This document shows positions 20,028 to 29,857 of a stretch of 64,000 nucleotides of DNA, one piece after another (the stretch's first letter is position 1; every line of letters starts with the position of its first letter). The notes under the pieces are model-generated. The model was not told the origin of the DNA and ran no database searches. It worked only from the letters and a program-made list of their open reading frames with translations. Position numbers and translations under genes: made by a program. The stretch is taken from assembly GCA_965658655.1 (NCBI GenBank), contig CBFHTA010000001.1, positions 457,005-521,004 on the forward strand, in the 5' to 3' direction. The stretch is from Candidatus Babelota bacterium. Its GTDB lineage: Bacteria; Babelota; Babeliae; Babelales; CAIQNR01.

Positions 20028-21536
20028 ATGACCAAAGAAAAAGATCTAAACGTAGAAGATACTCATACTGTTAACCCAGATGCTTCTGAGGAGCACCATA
20101 TTCGGGTTGAGAAAGTCAAAAAATTACGAGACCAGGGTATTGAGCCATGGCCTGAATTTAAGGAAGTGCCAAACACTTCTAAGCAGGTTATTGATGAATT
20201 TAAAGAAGATTCAGAAGTTGAGTATGCTATTGCGGGTCGTGTTGTAGCTTTGCGTTGGCATGGAAAAAGTGCTTTTGCGCAGTTGCAAGATCGTCATGGT
20301 CGTGTGCAGGTCTACTTTAAAAAAGATATTATTGGTGAAAAAACGTTTGATCTTTTTCAAGATAACTTAGACTTGGGAGACATTCTCTGGGTTAAGGGAA
20401 TCACTTTCAAAACTAAAACTGGCGAAACTACGATTAAAGCTTTTGAAGGCACACTACTTTCTAAGTGTCTTCATCCTCTACCAGAAAAATTTCATGGTAT
20501 TGCCGATGTAGAGATTAAATATCGTCAACGTTATTTAGATCTCATCTCCGACCAAGAGAGTAGAAACAAATTTGTAGTCCGCTCAAAGCTCATTAGCGGA
20601 CTACGTCATTATCTTGAAGACCATGAGTTTATGGAAGTAGAAACACCAATGCTTCATCCTATTCCGGGTGGTGCGGTGGCTAAGCCTTTTGTAACACATC
20701 ATAATGCTCTGCATTCAGACCTGTATTTGCGTATTGCTCCAGAGCTTTACCTTAAAAGACTTGTCGTTGGTGGATTTGAACGTGTGTATGAAATTAACCG
20801 TAGCTTTAGAAACGAAGGTATTTCTACAAAGCACAATCCTGAATTTACTATGCTAGAGTTCTATATGGCGCACAAAGATTATCATTACATGATGAATTTT
20901 GTAGAAGATATGCTCAAAAAAGTAGTTAAAAAATCATGTGAGACAGATCAAGTTGCATTTGGTGAACATACCTTAGATTTTGCAAAACCATTTGAACGCA
21001 TGAGTATCAAAGAAGCTGTGCTTAAACATGGTAATTACAAAGAAGAAGACGTTTCTATCGATAAAATTGACGATGAGATAAAAAAACATGGAGCAAAGCT
21101 TCAGGTTAAAGACGCATCTTATGGGCAGAAGTTATTTTTATTGTTCGAAGAAGTTGCAGAGTCTCATCTTATTCAACCAACATTTATCACCGACTTTCCG
21201 GTAGAAGTTTCTCCACTTTCAAAGCGTGATGTAAATAATCCAAATTTTGTATCTAGGTTTGAACTGTTCATGGGTGGAATGGAACTTTCTAATTGTTTCA
21301 ATGAGTTAAACGAACCGTTTGATCAAGAAGAGCGATTCAAAGAGCAAGCAGCGACTCATGCTGCTGGTGATGACGAAGCAATGCATTTTGACGGTGACTA
21401 TGTTCGTGCGCTTGAATATGGATTACCTCCAACAGTGGGTGTTGGAATTGGTATTGATCGTCTTGCTATGATTTTAACCAATACTACTTCTATTAAGGAC
21501 GTTATCTTGTTCCCAACCCTTAAGAGAAAAGACTAA
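20028..21536 (+). CDS. lysS: Lysine-tRNA ligase (class II)
   Basis: YRQRYLDL, RIAPELYLKRLVVGG, FRNEG, GIGIDRLAM. Confidence 0.98.
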   Translation: MTKEKDLNVEDTHTVNPDASEEHHIRVEKVKKLRDQGIEPWPEFKEVPNTSKQVIDEFKEDSEVEYAIAGRVVALRWHGKSAFAQLQDRHGRVQVYFKKDIIGEKTFDLFQDNLDLGDILWVKGITFKTKTGETTIKAFEGTLLSKCLHPLPEKFHGIADVEIKYRQRYLDLISDQESRNKFVVRSKLISGLRHYLEDHEFMEVETPMLHPIPGGAVAKPFVTHHNALHSDLYLRIAPELYLKRLVVGGFERVYEINRSFRNEGISTKHNPEFTMLEFYMAHKDYHYMMNFVEDMLKKVVKKSCETDQVAFGEHTLDFAKPFERMSIKEAVLKHGNYKEEDVSIDKIDDEIKKHGAKLQVKDASYGQKLFLLFEEVAESHLIQPTFITDFPVEVSPLSKRDVNNPNFVSRFELFMGGMELSNCFNELNEPFDQEERFKEQAATHAAGDDEAMHFDGDYVRALEYGLPPTVGVGIGIDRLAMILTNTTSIKDVILFPTLKRKD

Positions 21537-22154
21537 TTATTGATGTGTCTTTTCTAATCTTTTAGAAGAGGTAGATTTCATAACTTGTGAGAGACTTGGA
21601 GTCCCTTTTTTTCTTTTAAAAGATGAAGAAGTTTTTTCTTGATGCTTTAAAGTTTTTTTGTGCCTTTTAAGCGAAGAGAGTATTCCAAATGTTTGATTAC
21701 AAGGAGCACATAAATAAACTTTGCTTTTTGTATGTATCCTTATATGAATTTTAAGGGCACCTTTTCGGGCAAAGGTTTTATTACAAGTATCACAAGAAAA
21801 CGGTTTCTCACCGCTATGTTTTGATTGTGTATGAAGTTTAAGGTCACCTTTTCGGGCAAAGGTTTTATTACAAGCATCACAAGGAAACGGTTTCTCACCG
21901 CTATGTACTTCTTTTCGATGTGTCATTAACCCTTTTTCTTGTGCAAATGTTTGATTGCATTCGCTGCAGCGAGCATTGATTACTTTTTCATGTGTTCTTG
22001 TATGTCTTTCCAAAGCATTACTTGTTGTGAATATTTGACTGCAGAGATTGCAAAAAAGATCTTTAGAAAAAGTTCTGTTAGAAGATGCAGATTGAACAAT
22101 AGATGTATTTGTTAAAAATAATGCGAAAATTATAACTATTAATTTTTTATTCAT
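21537..22154 (-). CDS. Secreted C2H2 zinc-finger protein (5 fingers, KRKK NLS-like)
   Basis: Signal peptide; five Cx2Cx3Fx5Lx2Hx3-5H units with SGEKP linkers. Confidence 0.92.
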   Translation of the reverse strand: MNKKLIVIIFALFLTNTSIVQSASSNRTFSKDLFCNLCSQIFTTSNALERHTRTHEKVINARCSECNQTFAQEKGLMTHRKEVHSGEKPFPCDACNKTFARKGDLKLHTQSKHSGEKPFSCDTCNKTFARKGALKIHIRIHTKSKVYLCAPCNQTFGILSSLKRHKKTLKHQEKTSSSFKRKKGTPSLSQVMKSTSSKRLEKTHQ

Positions 22155-22205
22155 TTAGGTTCCGAAAATTATAAGATAAAAACTTATTGTGACAGAAAGG
22201 GTATT

Positions 22206-22286
22206 ATGAATCAAGCATTATTAATGAATCCTGAAGCAGGTTTTCAAGATCAAGAGTATATGGATACCAAAAAAAGAGGTGATTAG
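22206..22286 (+). pseudogene. Duplicated 5' fragment of the PfpI-family gene
   Basis: MNQALLMNPEAGFQDQEYMDTKK vs MKQVLLMISEVGFQEQEYTDTKK at 23073. Confidence 0.85.
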
Positions 22287-22289
22287 TCA

Positions 22290-22337
22290 TAAGGACGTTA
22301 CCTTGTTCCCAACCCTTAAGAGAAAAGACTCATTATT
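22290..22337 (+). repeat. Duplicate of the lysS 3' end (copy of 21494-21541)
   Basis: 46/48 nt identical by hand alignment. Confidence 0.92.
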
Positions 22338-22950
22338 TATTTGTACTTTCTAATCTTTTGAAAGAGGTAGATTTCATAGCTTGTGAGAGACCTGGAGTTT
22401 CCTTTTTTCTTTTAAGAGATAAACCTGCTATTTCTGGATGTTGTGCATTATTGTGCCTTTGCAGCCCATAGTGTCTAGTAAATACGGCGTTGCAAAGAGC
22501 GCATAAATAAGATCTGTGTTTTTTGTGTACTTCATTTATATGTCTGTTAAGAACGTTTTTTCGGCTAAATTCTTTCTTGCAGATATTACAAGAATGGGAT
22601 GCTTTTTCGCCATGTACTTCATCTGTGTGTCTTTTAAGACCCTCTTTTCGAACAAATTTTTTTGGGCAAAAACGGCAAGAATAGGATGCTTTTTCGCCAT
22701 GTATTTCATTTGTATGTCGCTTGAGACCATATTTTTCTGTAAATGTACGTGCACATTGGGTGCAACTATAATATCCTTTTTCTTCATGTGTTTTTCTATG
22801 TTCTGTAAAATCTTTATTTGTTTTAAACATTTGATTACACGTATTGCAGACAATATCTTTAGAAAAAGCTGTGTCAGAAGATGCAGATTGAACAGTAGAT
22901 GTATTTGTTAGTAATAATCCGAAAATTATAATTATTAATTTTTTATTCAT
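22333..22950 (-). CDS. Secreted C2H2 zinc-finger protein (5 fingers, KRKK NLS-like), tandem paralogue
   Basis: Same 205-aa length, similar signal peptide and C-tail as 21537-22154; GEKAS linkers. Confidence 0.92.
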   Translation of the reverse strand: MNKKLIIIIFGLLLTNTSTVQSASSDTAFSKDIVCNTCNQMFKTNKDFTEHRKTHEEKGYYSCTQCARTFTEKYGLKRHTNEIHGEKASYSCRFCPKKFVRKEGLKRHTDEVHGEKASHSCNICKKEFSRKNVLNRHINEVHKKHRSYLCALCNAVFTRHYGLQRHNNAQHPEIAGLSLKRKKETPGLSQAMKSTSFKRLESTNK

Positions 22951-23072
22951 TTAGATCCCTAAAATTATAATATAAAAGTCTATGTGTTATACTTTGTTTG
23001 TTGATATGACTTTATTTAGGTTTGTGTATTATTTCTTTAAAAATAAAAATTCATTCTGACAGAAAGAGGATT

Positions 23073-23585
23073 ATGAAGCAAGTATTATTAATGATTTCTG
23101 AAGTAGGTTTTCAAGAGCAAGAGTATACGGATACTAAAAAAGTATTAGAAGAGGCAGGGGTTAAAGTTCTTACCACTTCAGATCATTCAAAAGAGGCGAT
23201 TGGGCATAATGGAGTAAAGCAAAAAATAGAAGTGCAACTTGACCAAATTAATCCACGAGAATACGATGGTATCTTTGTAATCGGTGGTTCTGGTGCGCTT
23301 GATCATTTAAATGTCCCTAAAGTTCACAAAGTGTTAAGTGAATTTTTTGCTCTCGATAAACCGTACGGTGCTATTTGCATTTCTTCTCGTATTCTTGCTC
23401 AAGCAGAATTGTTGCAAAACAAAAAAGCTGCATGTTGGAACAAAGATGAAAAAGCACAAGCTATTTTGGAAGCTTATGGAGCAGAGTTTGTGGATGAACA
23501 TGTGGTGACTGATGGCAAAGTAGTAACAGCTAATGGCCCCGATGCAGCAATAGATTTTGGTAAAGCAATTTTAGAAGTTATATAG
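23073..23585 (+). CDS. DJ-1/PfpI family protein
   Basis: GFQEQE, YDGIFVIGG.G, GAIC, DGKVVTANGP; GAGGA RBS before ATG 23073. Confidence 0.9.
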   Translation: MKQVLLMISEVGFQEQEYTDTKKVLEEAGVKVLTTSDHSKEAIGHNGVKQKIEVQLDQINPREYDGIFVIGGSGALDHLNVPKVHKVLSEFFALDKPYGAICISSRILAQAELLQNKKAACWNKDEKAQAILEAYGAEFVDEHVVTDGKVVTANGPDAAIDFGKAILEVI

Positions 23586-23594
23586 AAAGATAAT

Positions 23595-25331
23595 ATGCAA
23601 ACAGTGTCCGGCATTAAATATTTATGGAAGCTCCCAGAGACAGACACGCAGAAAATGCTTGATATTGCATCTGAATTTAGTCTTTCTATACCTCTTTCTC
23701 AAATTCTTATCTCGCGTGGGTATACAACAAAAGATGCTATAGAGGATTATCTGTTTAGTTCAGAAACCAAAGATGTATCTTCTGCGGTGCTTATGAAAGA
23801 TGCAGAGAAAGCGGTAGATAGAATTTTAACAGCAATAAAAAATAACGAAAAAATCTTAGTCTTTGGTGATTACGATGTTGACGGAATAACTTCTTCTTCT
23901 CTTATGATGACGGCACTAAAACCCCTTGGGGCAGATGTTAATTTTTATTTGCCTCATCGTGTAAAAGATGGTTATGGCCTTTCAACTAAAATTGTAAATC
24001 GTGCAGCAGACAATAATTATAAAGTTGTTATTACGGTTGATAATGGAACAACTGCCTTTGAACAAGCAAAAGTGGCAAAAGAACGTGGCATTGATTTAAT
24101 TATTACCGATCATCACCAACCTCACGGTGACCTTCCAGATGCCTATGCGATTGTAAACCCCCATCAAAAAGATTGCGAGTATCCGTTTAAAGAGTTTGCA
24201 GGTGTTGGGGTAACGTTTAAAATACTTACACTGCTGTATGAGAAGTTAGATAAACAATTGCCTGAAAAAGCCTATGAGCTTTTGCTTCTGGGGACTGTTG
24301 CAGATGTTGTGCCATTGCTCGGAGAAAATCGATTTTGGGTTCGGTACGGTTTGCAGTGGGCCAATACCAAAGAAAGTCTGTCTTTACGTGTCTTAAAAGA
24401 GAACGGTAAGTGTACACGACCTAAGCTGTCATCTCTTGATGTTGGTTTTAGGATAGCTCCTCAGATTAATGCGTTAGGTCGTTTAGAGGATCCACGACAG
24501 GGTGTTGCCTTTTTATTAGGGGTCGATGAAAAAGAGTCTCGGCATATTGGTTCTGTTTTATATCAACTGAACGAGGCAAGAAAACAGATAGAGCGTACCA
24601 TATTCGAAGATGTTGAAACGTTAATTGAGAATGGCACCATTGACCTGACCAAAGAAAAAATCATTCTTGCAGGTGGAAAAAAATGGCCTCCTGGGGTAAT
24701 TGGTTTGGTGGCTTCTCGATTAGTGGGTAAGTATGGTCGCCCTGTTTTACTTTTCCATTTAACAGATAAAGGTAAAGCTAAGGGTTCGTGTAGAACTATT
24801 GAACCTTTTAATATTTTTGAGGCGCTGACAGAAAACTCAGAGTTGCTAGACCAATTTGGTGGGCATGCCATGGCTGCTGGTTTAGCGTTAGATCAAGATA
24901 AGTTAGCAGATTTAAAACAGGCGCTTGAAAAGCGCGCAGAGCGTCTATTAACGGCAGAAGATTTGCAACAAAAATTAGTGTGCGATGCCGCAATTACTTT
25001 ACCCGATGTTGGTGCTAAGTTGGTGCGAGACATGGAGTATTTAGAGCCATTTGGTGCAAAGAATTCTCAACCAACGTTTTATTTGCGTAGTGTATCGTTG
25101 GTTCAAAAGCCTCAATTGTTAAAGCTTTTGCATGTTAAATGCATGGTTTTTGCAGAAGGAATTATTAAGCCTGTTATTTTTTTCAACAGACCTGAATTGT
25201 TTGATATACTTAATGCACAAGAAGAAGAACCTTTTGATTTGGCTGTTCAGGTGACAGAGAATCATTGGCAAGGACGTTCGCAGGTAGAGTTAATGGGAGT
25301 GGACGTTGCTAACACAAAGGAAGATGCATGA
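23595..25331 (+). CDS. recJ: ssDNA-specific exonuclease RecJ
   Basis: GDYDVDG, TVDNG, TDHH, GGHAMAAG. Confidence 0.96.
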   Translation: MQTVSGIKYLWKLPETDTQKMLDIASEFSLSIPLSQILISRGYTTKDAIEDYLFSSETKDVSSAVLMKDAEKAVDRILTAIKNNEKILVFGDYDVDGITSSSLMMTALKPLGADVNFYLPHRVKDGYGLSTKIVNRAADNNYKVVITVDNGTTAFEQAKVAKERGIDLIITDHHQPHGDLPDAYAIVNPHQKDCEYPFKEFAGVGVTFKILTLLYEKLDKQLPEKAYELLLLGTVADVVPLLGENRFWVRYGLQWANTKESLSLRVLKENGKCTRPKLSSLDVGFRIAPQINALGRLEDPRQGVAFLLGVDEKESRHIGSVLYQLNEARKQIERTIFEDVETLIENGTIDLTKEKIILAGGKKWPPGVIGLVASRLVGKYGRPVLLFHLTDKGKAKGSCRTIEPFNIFEALTENSELLDQFGGHAMAAGLALDQDKLADLKQALEKRAERLLTAEDLQQKLVCDAAITLPDVGAKLVRDMEYLEPFGAKNSQPTFYLRSVSLVQKPQLLKLLHVKCMVFAEGIIKPVIFFNRPELFDILNAQEEEPFDLAVQVTENHWQGRSQVELMGVDVANTKEDA

Positions 25332-26002
25332 TTATAACAATTGACGGTCCTGCTGCAAGTGGAAAGTCTACTATTGCACGAATGGCGGCAGAGCATCTTA
25401 ATTTTTATTATTTAAATAGTGGTCTTTTGTATCGTGCGGTTACTTATATTCTTATTCATAATCATAAGTATACTCAGCATCAGTTACGGGAGGTAGTGCA
25501 GAAAGATATTGATGAATGTACAGATATAAAACGTATTTTTTATGCATATAACCCTCAAGAGGGTTCTACTGTAATGTATGATGAGCAAGACATTACCCGC
25601 TTTTTAAAAGATCCACAGATAGATCAATGCGTTTCTATTATAAGTCCTCAAAAGATAGTTAGAGAGGCTCTTTCTGATTTACAACGCGCTATTGCAAAAA
25701 GTCATGATGTGGTCGTTGAAGGGCGAGATGTGGGTTCGGTTGTTTTTCCTCATGCTGATTACAAGTTTTTTCTTACAGCATTACTTGAAGTTAGAGCGGA
25801 AAGATGGCGTAAGTATCAAGAGAAAAAGGGTAATTCTTATTCTTTGGATCAGGTAAAAGAGCTTGTTGCGCATCGTGATTCTAATGATAAGAGTAGGAAG
25901 ATTTCTCCTTTAATGGTTCCTGCTCAAGCAATTACCATAGATAATTCGAATCTAAGCCTCCAAGAAACAGTGCAGCAAATTTTAAAACATATTAAAAACT
26001 AA
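25328..26002 (+). CDS. cmk: Cytidylate kinase
   Basis: IDGPAASGKST, VEGRDVGSVVFP. Confidence 0.95.
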   Translation: MIITIDGPAASGKSTIARMAAEHLNFYYLNSGLLYRAVTYILIHNHKYTQHQLREVVQKDIDECTDIKRIFYAYNPQEGSTVMYDEQDITRFLKDPQIDQCVSIISPQKIVREALSDLQRAIAKSHDVVVEGRDVGSVVFPHADYKFFLTALLEVRAERWRKYQEKKGNSYSLDQVKELVAHRDSNDKSRKISPLMVPAQAITIDNSNLSLQETVQQILKHIKN

Positions 26003-26032
26003 AAAAAGCCACCCTTAAGGATGGCTTTTTTT
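26001..26032. terminator. Bidirectional intrinsic terminator
   Basis: A7GCCA...TGGCT7 between convergent genes. Confidence 0.75.
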
Positions 26033-26044
26033 AATAGCAGTAGC

Positions 26045-26293
26045 TTATGCAAAAAGAGCGTCTGTGTTGTCTAACTCGATGTGTACATGCTTTTTGTGTT
26101 TTTTCGTAGGAGTTGCTTTGTGCTTTTTCACAACATGCTTCTTATGAGCTGCTTTGTGTTTTTTTACTACATGTTTCTTATGAGCTGCTTTTTTGCTGTG
26201 TGTCTTAGCTTTGGGTGCATTTGAACGTTTGCAGCAACATCCTGGAAGTGCTAAAATTGCAATCGCGCAAAGAGTCATCATTAGTTTCTTCAT
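26045..26293 (-). CDS. Small Lys/His-rich lipoprotein
   Basis: Lipobox-like LPGC; 12-aa (36-bp) tandem repeat KAAHKKHVVKKH. Confidence 0.75.
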   Translation of the reverse strand: MKKLMMTLCAIAILALPGCCCKRSNAPKAKTHSKKAAHKKHVVKKHKAAHKKHVVKKHKATPTKKHKKHVHIELDNTDALFA

Positions 26294-26477
26294 TCTTCTT
26301 TCCCTTTCTTTTGTGAAGATAAACTATTACTTTTGACCTTTAATTATTTAGAAAATTAAAATCTTTTTTGAAGATAACGTATTCTAAAGAGCGAGTGCAA
26401 TAAAATAGTCTTGAGAAGGGTGTTATTGTCGAATAATTTAAGGTAAAATAAATAAAATTAAATTCTTCGGGAGTATC

Positions 26478-28073
26478 ATGGCAAAGTATATATTTGTAAC
26501 AGGTGGGGTGTTAAGTTCGGTTGGTAAAGGGATTGTTGCGTCTTCGCTCGGTAAGATCTTAAAAGAGCGAGGCATCAAAGTAGGTATTCAGAAGTTTGAT
26601 CCGTATATTAACGTTGATCCTGGGACGATGTCTCCTTATCAGCATGGAGAAGTTTTTGTTACCAACGATGGAGCAGAAACAGATCTTGACTTAGGGCATT
26701 ATGAACGCTTTCTTGATGTAAATTTACAACGTTCATGCAGTGTAAGTTCAGGGCAAATTTATGCACGTGTTATCGAAAAAGAACGTAGAGGGGATTATTT
26801 AGGTGGAACCATTCAGGTTATTCCGCATATTACACAAGAAATTAAAAATGCTGTTAAGCAAGCTGCAAAAGATACCGATTGTGACGTGCTCATTGTAGAA
26901 GTTGGAGGCACCGTAGGTGATTTAGAGGCAGCACCATTTTTCGAAGCACTTCGTCAATTACAGTATGAAGAAGGTCGAGAAAACACAGCTTTTGTACATG
27001 TTTCTTGGTTAGCACACATGGGTGCAACGGGAGAACTTAAAACAAAACCTTCGCAGCATTCATTACGTGAACTTAGATCTATTGGTATTATTCCAGATAT
27101 TGTTGTTGCTCGTGCAGATTATCCTATTGAACGTTCGCTTTGCGAAAAGCTTGGACACTTCTCTAATGTTCCGGGAGACCAAGTACTTTCTTTAATAACA
27201 GAAAAAGTTGCTTATAAGGTTCCTTTAACTCTTGAGAAACAAGGGCTCGGGAAATTTATGGTGAAACGTTTGGCATTAAAGGTGCAAGCGGCTACTCCAG
27301 ATTGGTCTTGTTGGAAGACGCTTATAGAGAATATAGAAACAGATAGTCAAAAAAAACTAACTATTGGTCTGGTGGGTAAATATACTCAATTGCATGATGC
27401 TTATTTGTCTGTAGTTGAAGCATTACGTCATGCTGGGTATGCACAAAGAGTTCAAGTGTCTATCGCTTGGATTAATTCAGAGGAGCTTACTGAAGAAAAT
27501 GTTGAAGGAGCTCTTTCGGTATGCGATGGTATTGTGGTGCCGGGTGGTTTTGGGTATCGCGGCGTAGAAGGGAAAATTCTTGCGGCTCGCTGGGCACGTA
27601 AAAATAATAAACCATATTTAGGTCTTTGTTTAGGGTTGCAAGTAATGTGTATTGATCTTGCTCGTGAGTGTATAGACAAAGCAGCAACGTCTTTTGAGTT
27701 TGATGAAAAAGCAAAAACACCTATTGTTGCGCTTATGGACGAACAAAAGAAGGTAACCAAAAAAGGCGGCACTATGCGTTTAGGTGTATATCCATGTAAA
27801 GTTATTCCTGGTACAAAAGCAGCGTGCGCATATAATACAGAAGAGATTCAAGAACGTCATCGGCATCGTCTTGAATTTAATAACACATATCGAGATCAAT
27901 TAGAGAAAGCTGGTTTGGTAATATCTGGACAATCTCCTGATGGTTCTTTAGTAGAGATTGTGGAGCTTAAAGATCATCCTTTTATGGTTGCGAGCCAATT
28001 TCATCCAGAATTTTTATCACGGCCAGATAAGGCACACCCGTTGTTTTCAGCATTTCTGCAGGCTACCATTTAA
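26478..28073 (+). CDS. pyrG: CTP synthase
   Basis: TGGVLSSVGKG, DPGTMSPYQHGEV, GLCLG, QFHPE. Confidence 0.98.
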   Translation: MAKYIFVTGGVLSSVGKGIVASSLGKILKERGIKVGIQKFDPYINVDPGTMSPYQHGEVFVTNDGAETDLDLGHYERFLDVNLQRSCSVSSGQIYARVIEKERRGDYLGGTIQVIPHITQEIKNAVKQAAKDTDCDVLIVEVGGTVGDLEAAPFFEALRQLQYEEGRENTAFVHVSWLAHMGATGELKTKPSQHSLRELRSIGIIPDIVVARADYPIERSLCEKLGHFSNVPGDQVLSLITEKVAYKVPLTLEKQGLGKFMVKRLALKVQAATPDWSCWKTLIENIETDSQKKLTIGLVGKYTQLHDAYLSVVEALRHAGYAQRVQVSIAWINSEELTEENVEGALSVCDGIVVPGGFGYRGVEGKILAARWARKNNKPYLGLCLGLQVMCIDLARECIDKAATSFEFDEKAKTPIVALMDEQKKVTKKGGTMRLGVYPCKVIPGTKAACAYNTEEIQERHRHRLEFNNTYRDQLEKAGLVISGQSPDGSLVEIVELKDHPFMVASQFHPEFLSRPDKAHPLFSAFLQATI

Positions 28074-28198
28074 TGGTTCAATAAATGAATCTTCAGCTTT
28101 CATGTGATTAATTATTGCTTTAGGAGGCCTCTTTATGGCATTTTGAATTTTAGGATGACTCATGAAAGTTACCTTAAGATAGGCATAGAGAGGTTATA

Positions 28199-29248
28199 AT
28201 GAAGAAAGTATGTGTTTTTATTCTATTACTTGTTGGAGGGTTTGATTTAGGCGCTTTGCCAAGTGCTTCTACATTGTCAAAAGACGATAAAGCAGAAATT
28301 GCAGCACTTCCGATCCCTGAACAACGAAAGCATATATTTAATTTTCCGTTACGGATATTATCCGATTCTAATGTTGATGTATCAACAGATGCCGCCCTTA
28401 CAGCTCAATTATCGAAACTAGATCTTTATCAATTGATATCATCTGAGCATCGAAGCAGAGTTTTTCAAACAGTAAAATCTTTGCTGCCGTTGATCCCTGA
28501 TATAATGAAATATATTCAAGAAGTTTTAAAACACGAAGTGGTAAGCATTATATTTTATGGAAGCTATCTTTGGGGTTTTGAGCCACGGGATTTAGATGTT
28601 CTTGTTGTGGTTAACAAGCGAATTTTAACAATTCATGAGATTCAAGATCTTGATACACTATTGTCTAAAGAAACAAAGTTGGAAAAAAATGTAAAAAAAG
28701 TAAGCTTCCACATTATCGGTCAAGAGGTGCTAAAAAATAATGTTGATCCTTATATTCCTGCAGATGTATTATTTGATAAACCTGGTTTGATGATTAATTC
28801 TTATCGTACAAGAGGAAATAAGACGCTTCTTGTTTTATGGGGGAAAAAATTTATTCTAACACCTCATCAAGTTGAAAATAATTTAGCCGATATGTCTAGA
28901 CTATTAATTAGTGTTTATCAAAGGATGAATAATACGTTTTATAAGAAAAAAACTGAAGATGAACATTTTAGAAAATCAGCCAAAAGAATGAGCGTTGTTG
29001 CAACAGTATTATCTCGTATTCAAGGAAAATGGGTATTACCAAGGGAAAAGCGGGAAAGTTTAAGTGTAATCGGAATAACTGATCATCCATCTTCTGACCA
29101 GAAGCGTTTAATAGTTTCTGTTTATAGAGATGTTTTCAATGCATATCAGAAAATTATACAAAAGGTAGAGCAGGGAGAAATAACTAACATGGCACCTATG
29201 GAAGACTTAATTAAGGAAGAGAGGAATGATTTAAGCTTAAACAAATAA
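28199..29248 (+). CDS. Secreted DNA polymerase beta-superfamily nucleotidyltransferase
   Basis: Signal peptide; IIFYGS.LWG..PRDLDVLVV (hG[GS]...DxD) followed by a helical C-domain. Confidence 0.7.
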   Translation: MKKVCVFILLLVGGFDLGALPSASTLSKDDKAEIAALPIPEQRKHIFNFPLRILSDSNVDVSTDAALTAQLSKLDLYQLISSEHRSRVFQTVKSLLPLIPDIMKYIQEVLKHEVVSIIFYGSYLWGFEPRDLDVLVVVNKRILTIHEIQDLDTLLSKETKLEKNVKKVSFHIIGQEVLKNNVDPYIPADVLFDKPGLMINSYRTRGNKTLLVLWGKKFILTPHQVENNLADMSRLLISVYQRMNNTFYKKKTEDEHFRKSAKRMSVVATVLSRIQGKWVLPREKRESLSVIGITDHPSSDQKRLIVSVYRDVFNAYQKIIQKVEQGEITNMAPMEDLIKEERNDLSLNK

Positions 29249-29339
29249 ACTTTAAGCTCGAGGTGCGCCAATTGTTGCTATAGGAGCTTTGATTGTGTTA
29301 TTCTGGTTCATAGTAAAGAATAATTAAAAGGAGGAAACT

Positions 29340-29783
29340 ATGAAGAAAATATTAATTTTATCAATTGCACTTTTAGCAGCAGTTCCTGGATTGCAAGCTG
29401 ATCATAATAATACTTGTTCATCAAGTAAAAAGCATGTTGCTAAGAAAGCATGTGCAACATGTGCCAATGCAAAAGTATGTAGAGCGTGTACAAGCCACGG
29501 TAAAGAAGCATGTTCTTGTAAGCACTCAGCACATTGTAAATGTTCAAACAAAAGTAAAGGTGGACCGGTAAAAAGAACTTTGAGAGCAACAGGAAATGTT
29601 GTTAAAGATACAGGAGAAGTTGTAGCGGCACCGTTTAAAGCTTTATTTGGTGACGACGAAGATGCAAAAGAATCACATCATGTGAAACACAATAATCATA
29701 AAGCAAGCAATGAAATACACATTGATCAACTTGAAGAAAATGATATGGCAGAATCAAGTAATGATAGTTTCAGTGCTTATTAA
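29340..29783 (+). CDS. Secreted Cys/His-rich protein
   Basis: GGAGG RBS; signal peptide; CATC, CRAC, CSC, CKC clusters. Confidence 0.75.
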   Translation: MKKILILSIALLAAVPGLQADHNNTCSSSKKHVAKKACATCANAKVCRACTSHGKEACSCKHSAHCKCSNKSKGGPVKRTLRATGNVVKDTGEVVAAPFKALFGDDEDAKESHHVKHNNHKASNEIHIDQLEENDMAESSNDSFSAY

Positions 29784-29802
29784 TTAAGAATAATATTTGT
29801 AT

Positions 29803-29835
29803 AAAAAAAGGCAGCTTTTAACGGCTGCCTTTTTT
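29803..29835. terminator. Bidirectional intrinsic terminator
   Basis: A7GGCAGC...GCTGCCT6. Confidence 0.75.
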
Positions 29836-29857
29836 CTTTCTAAAAACTATCTAGAAT

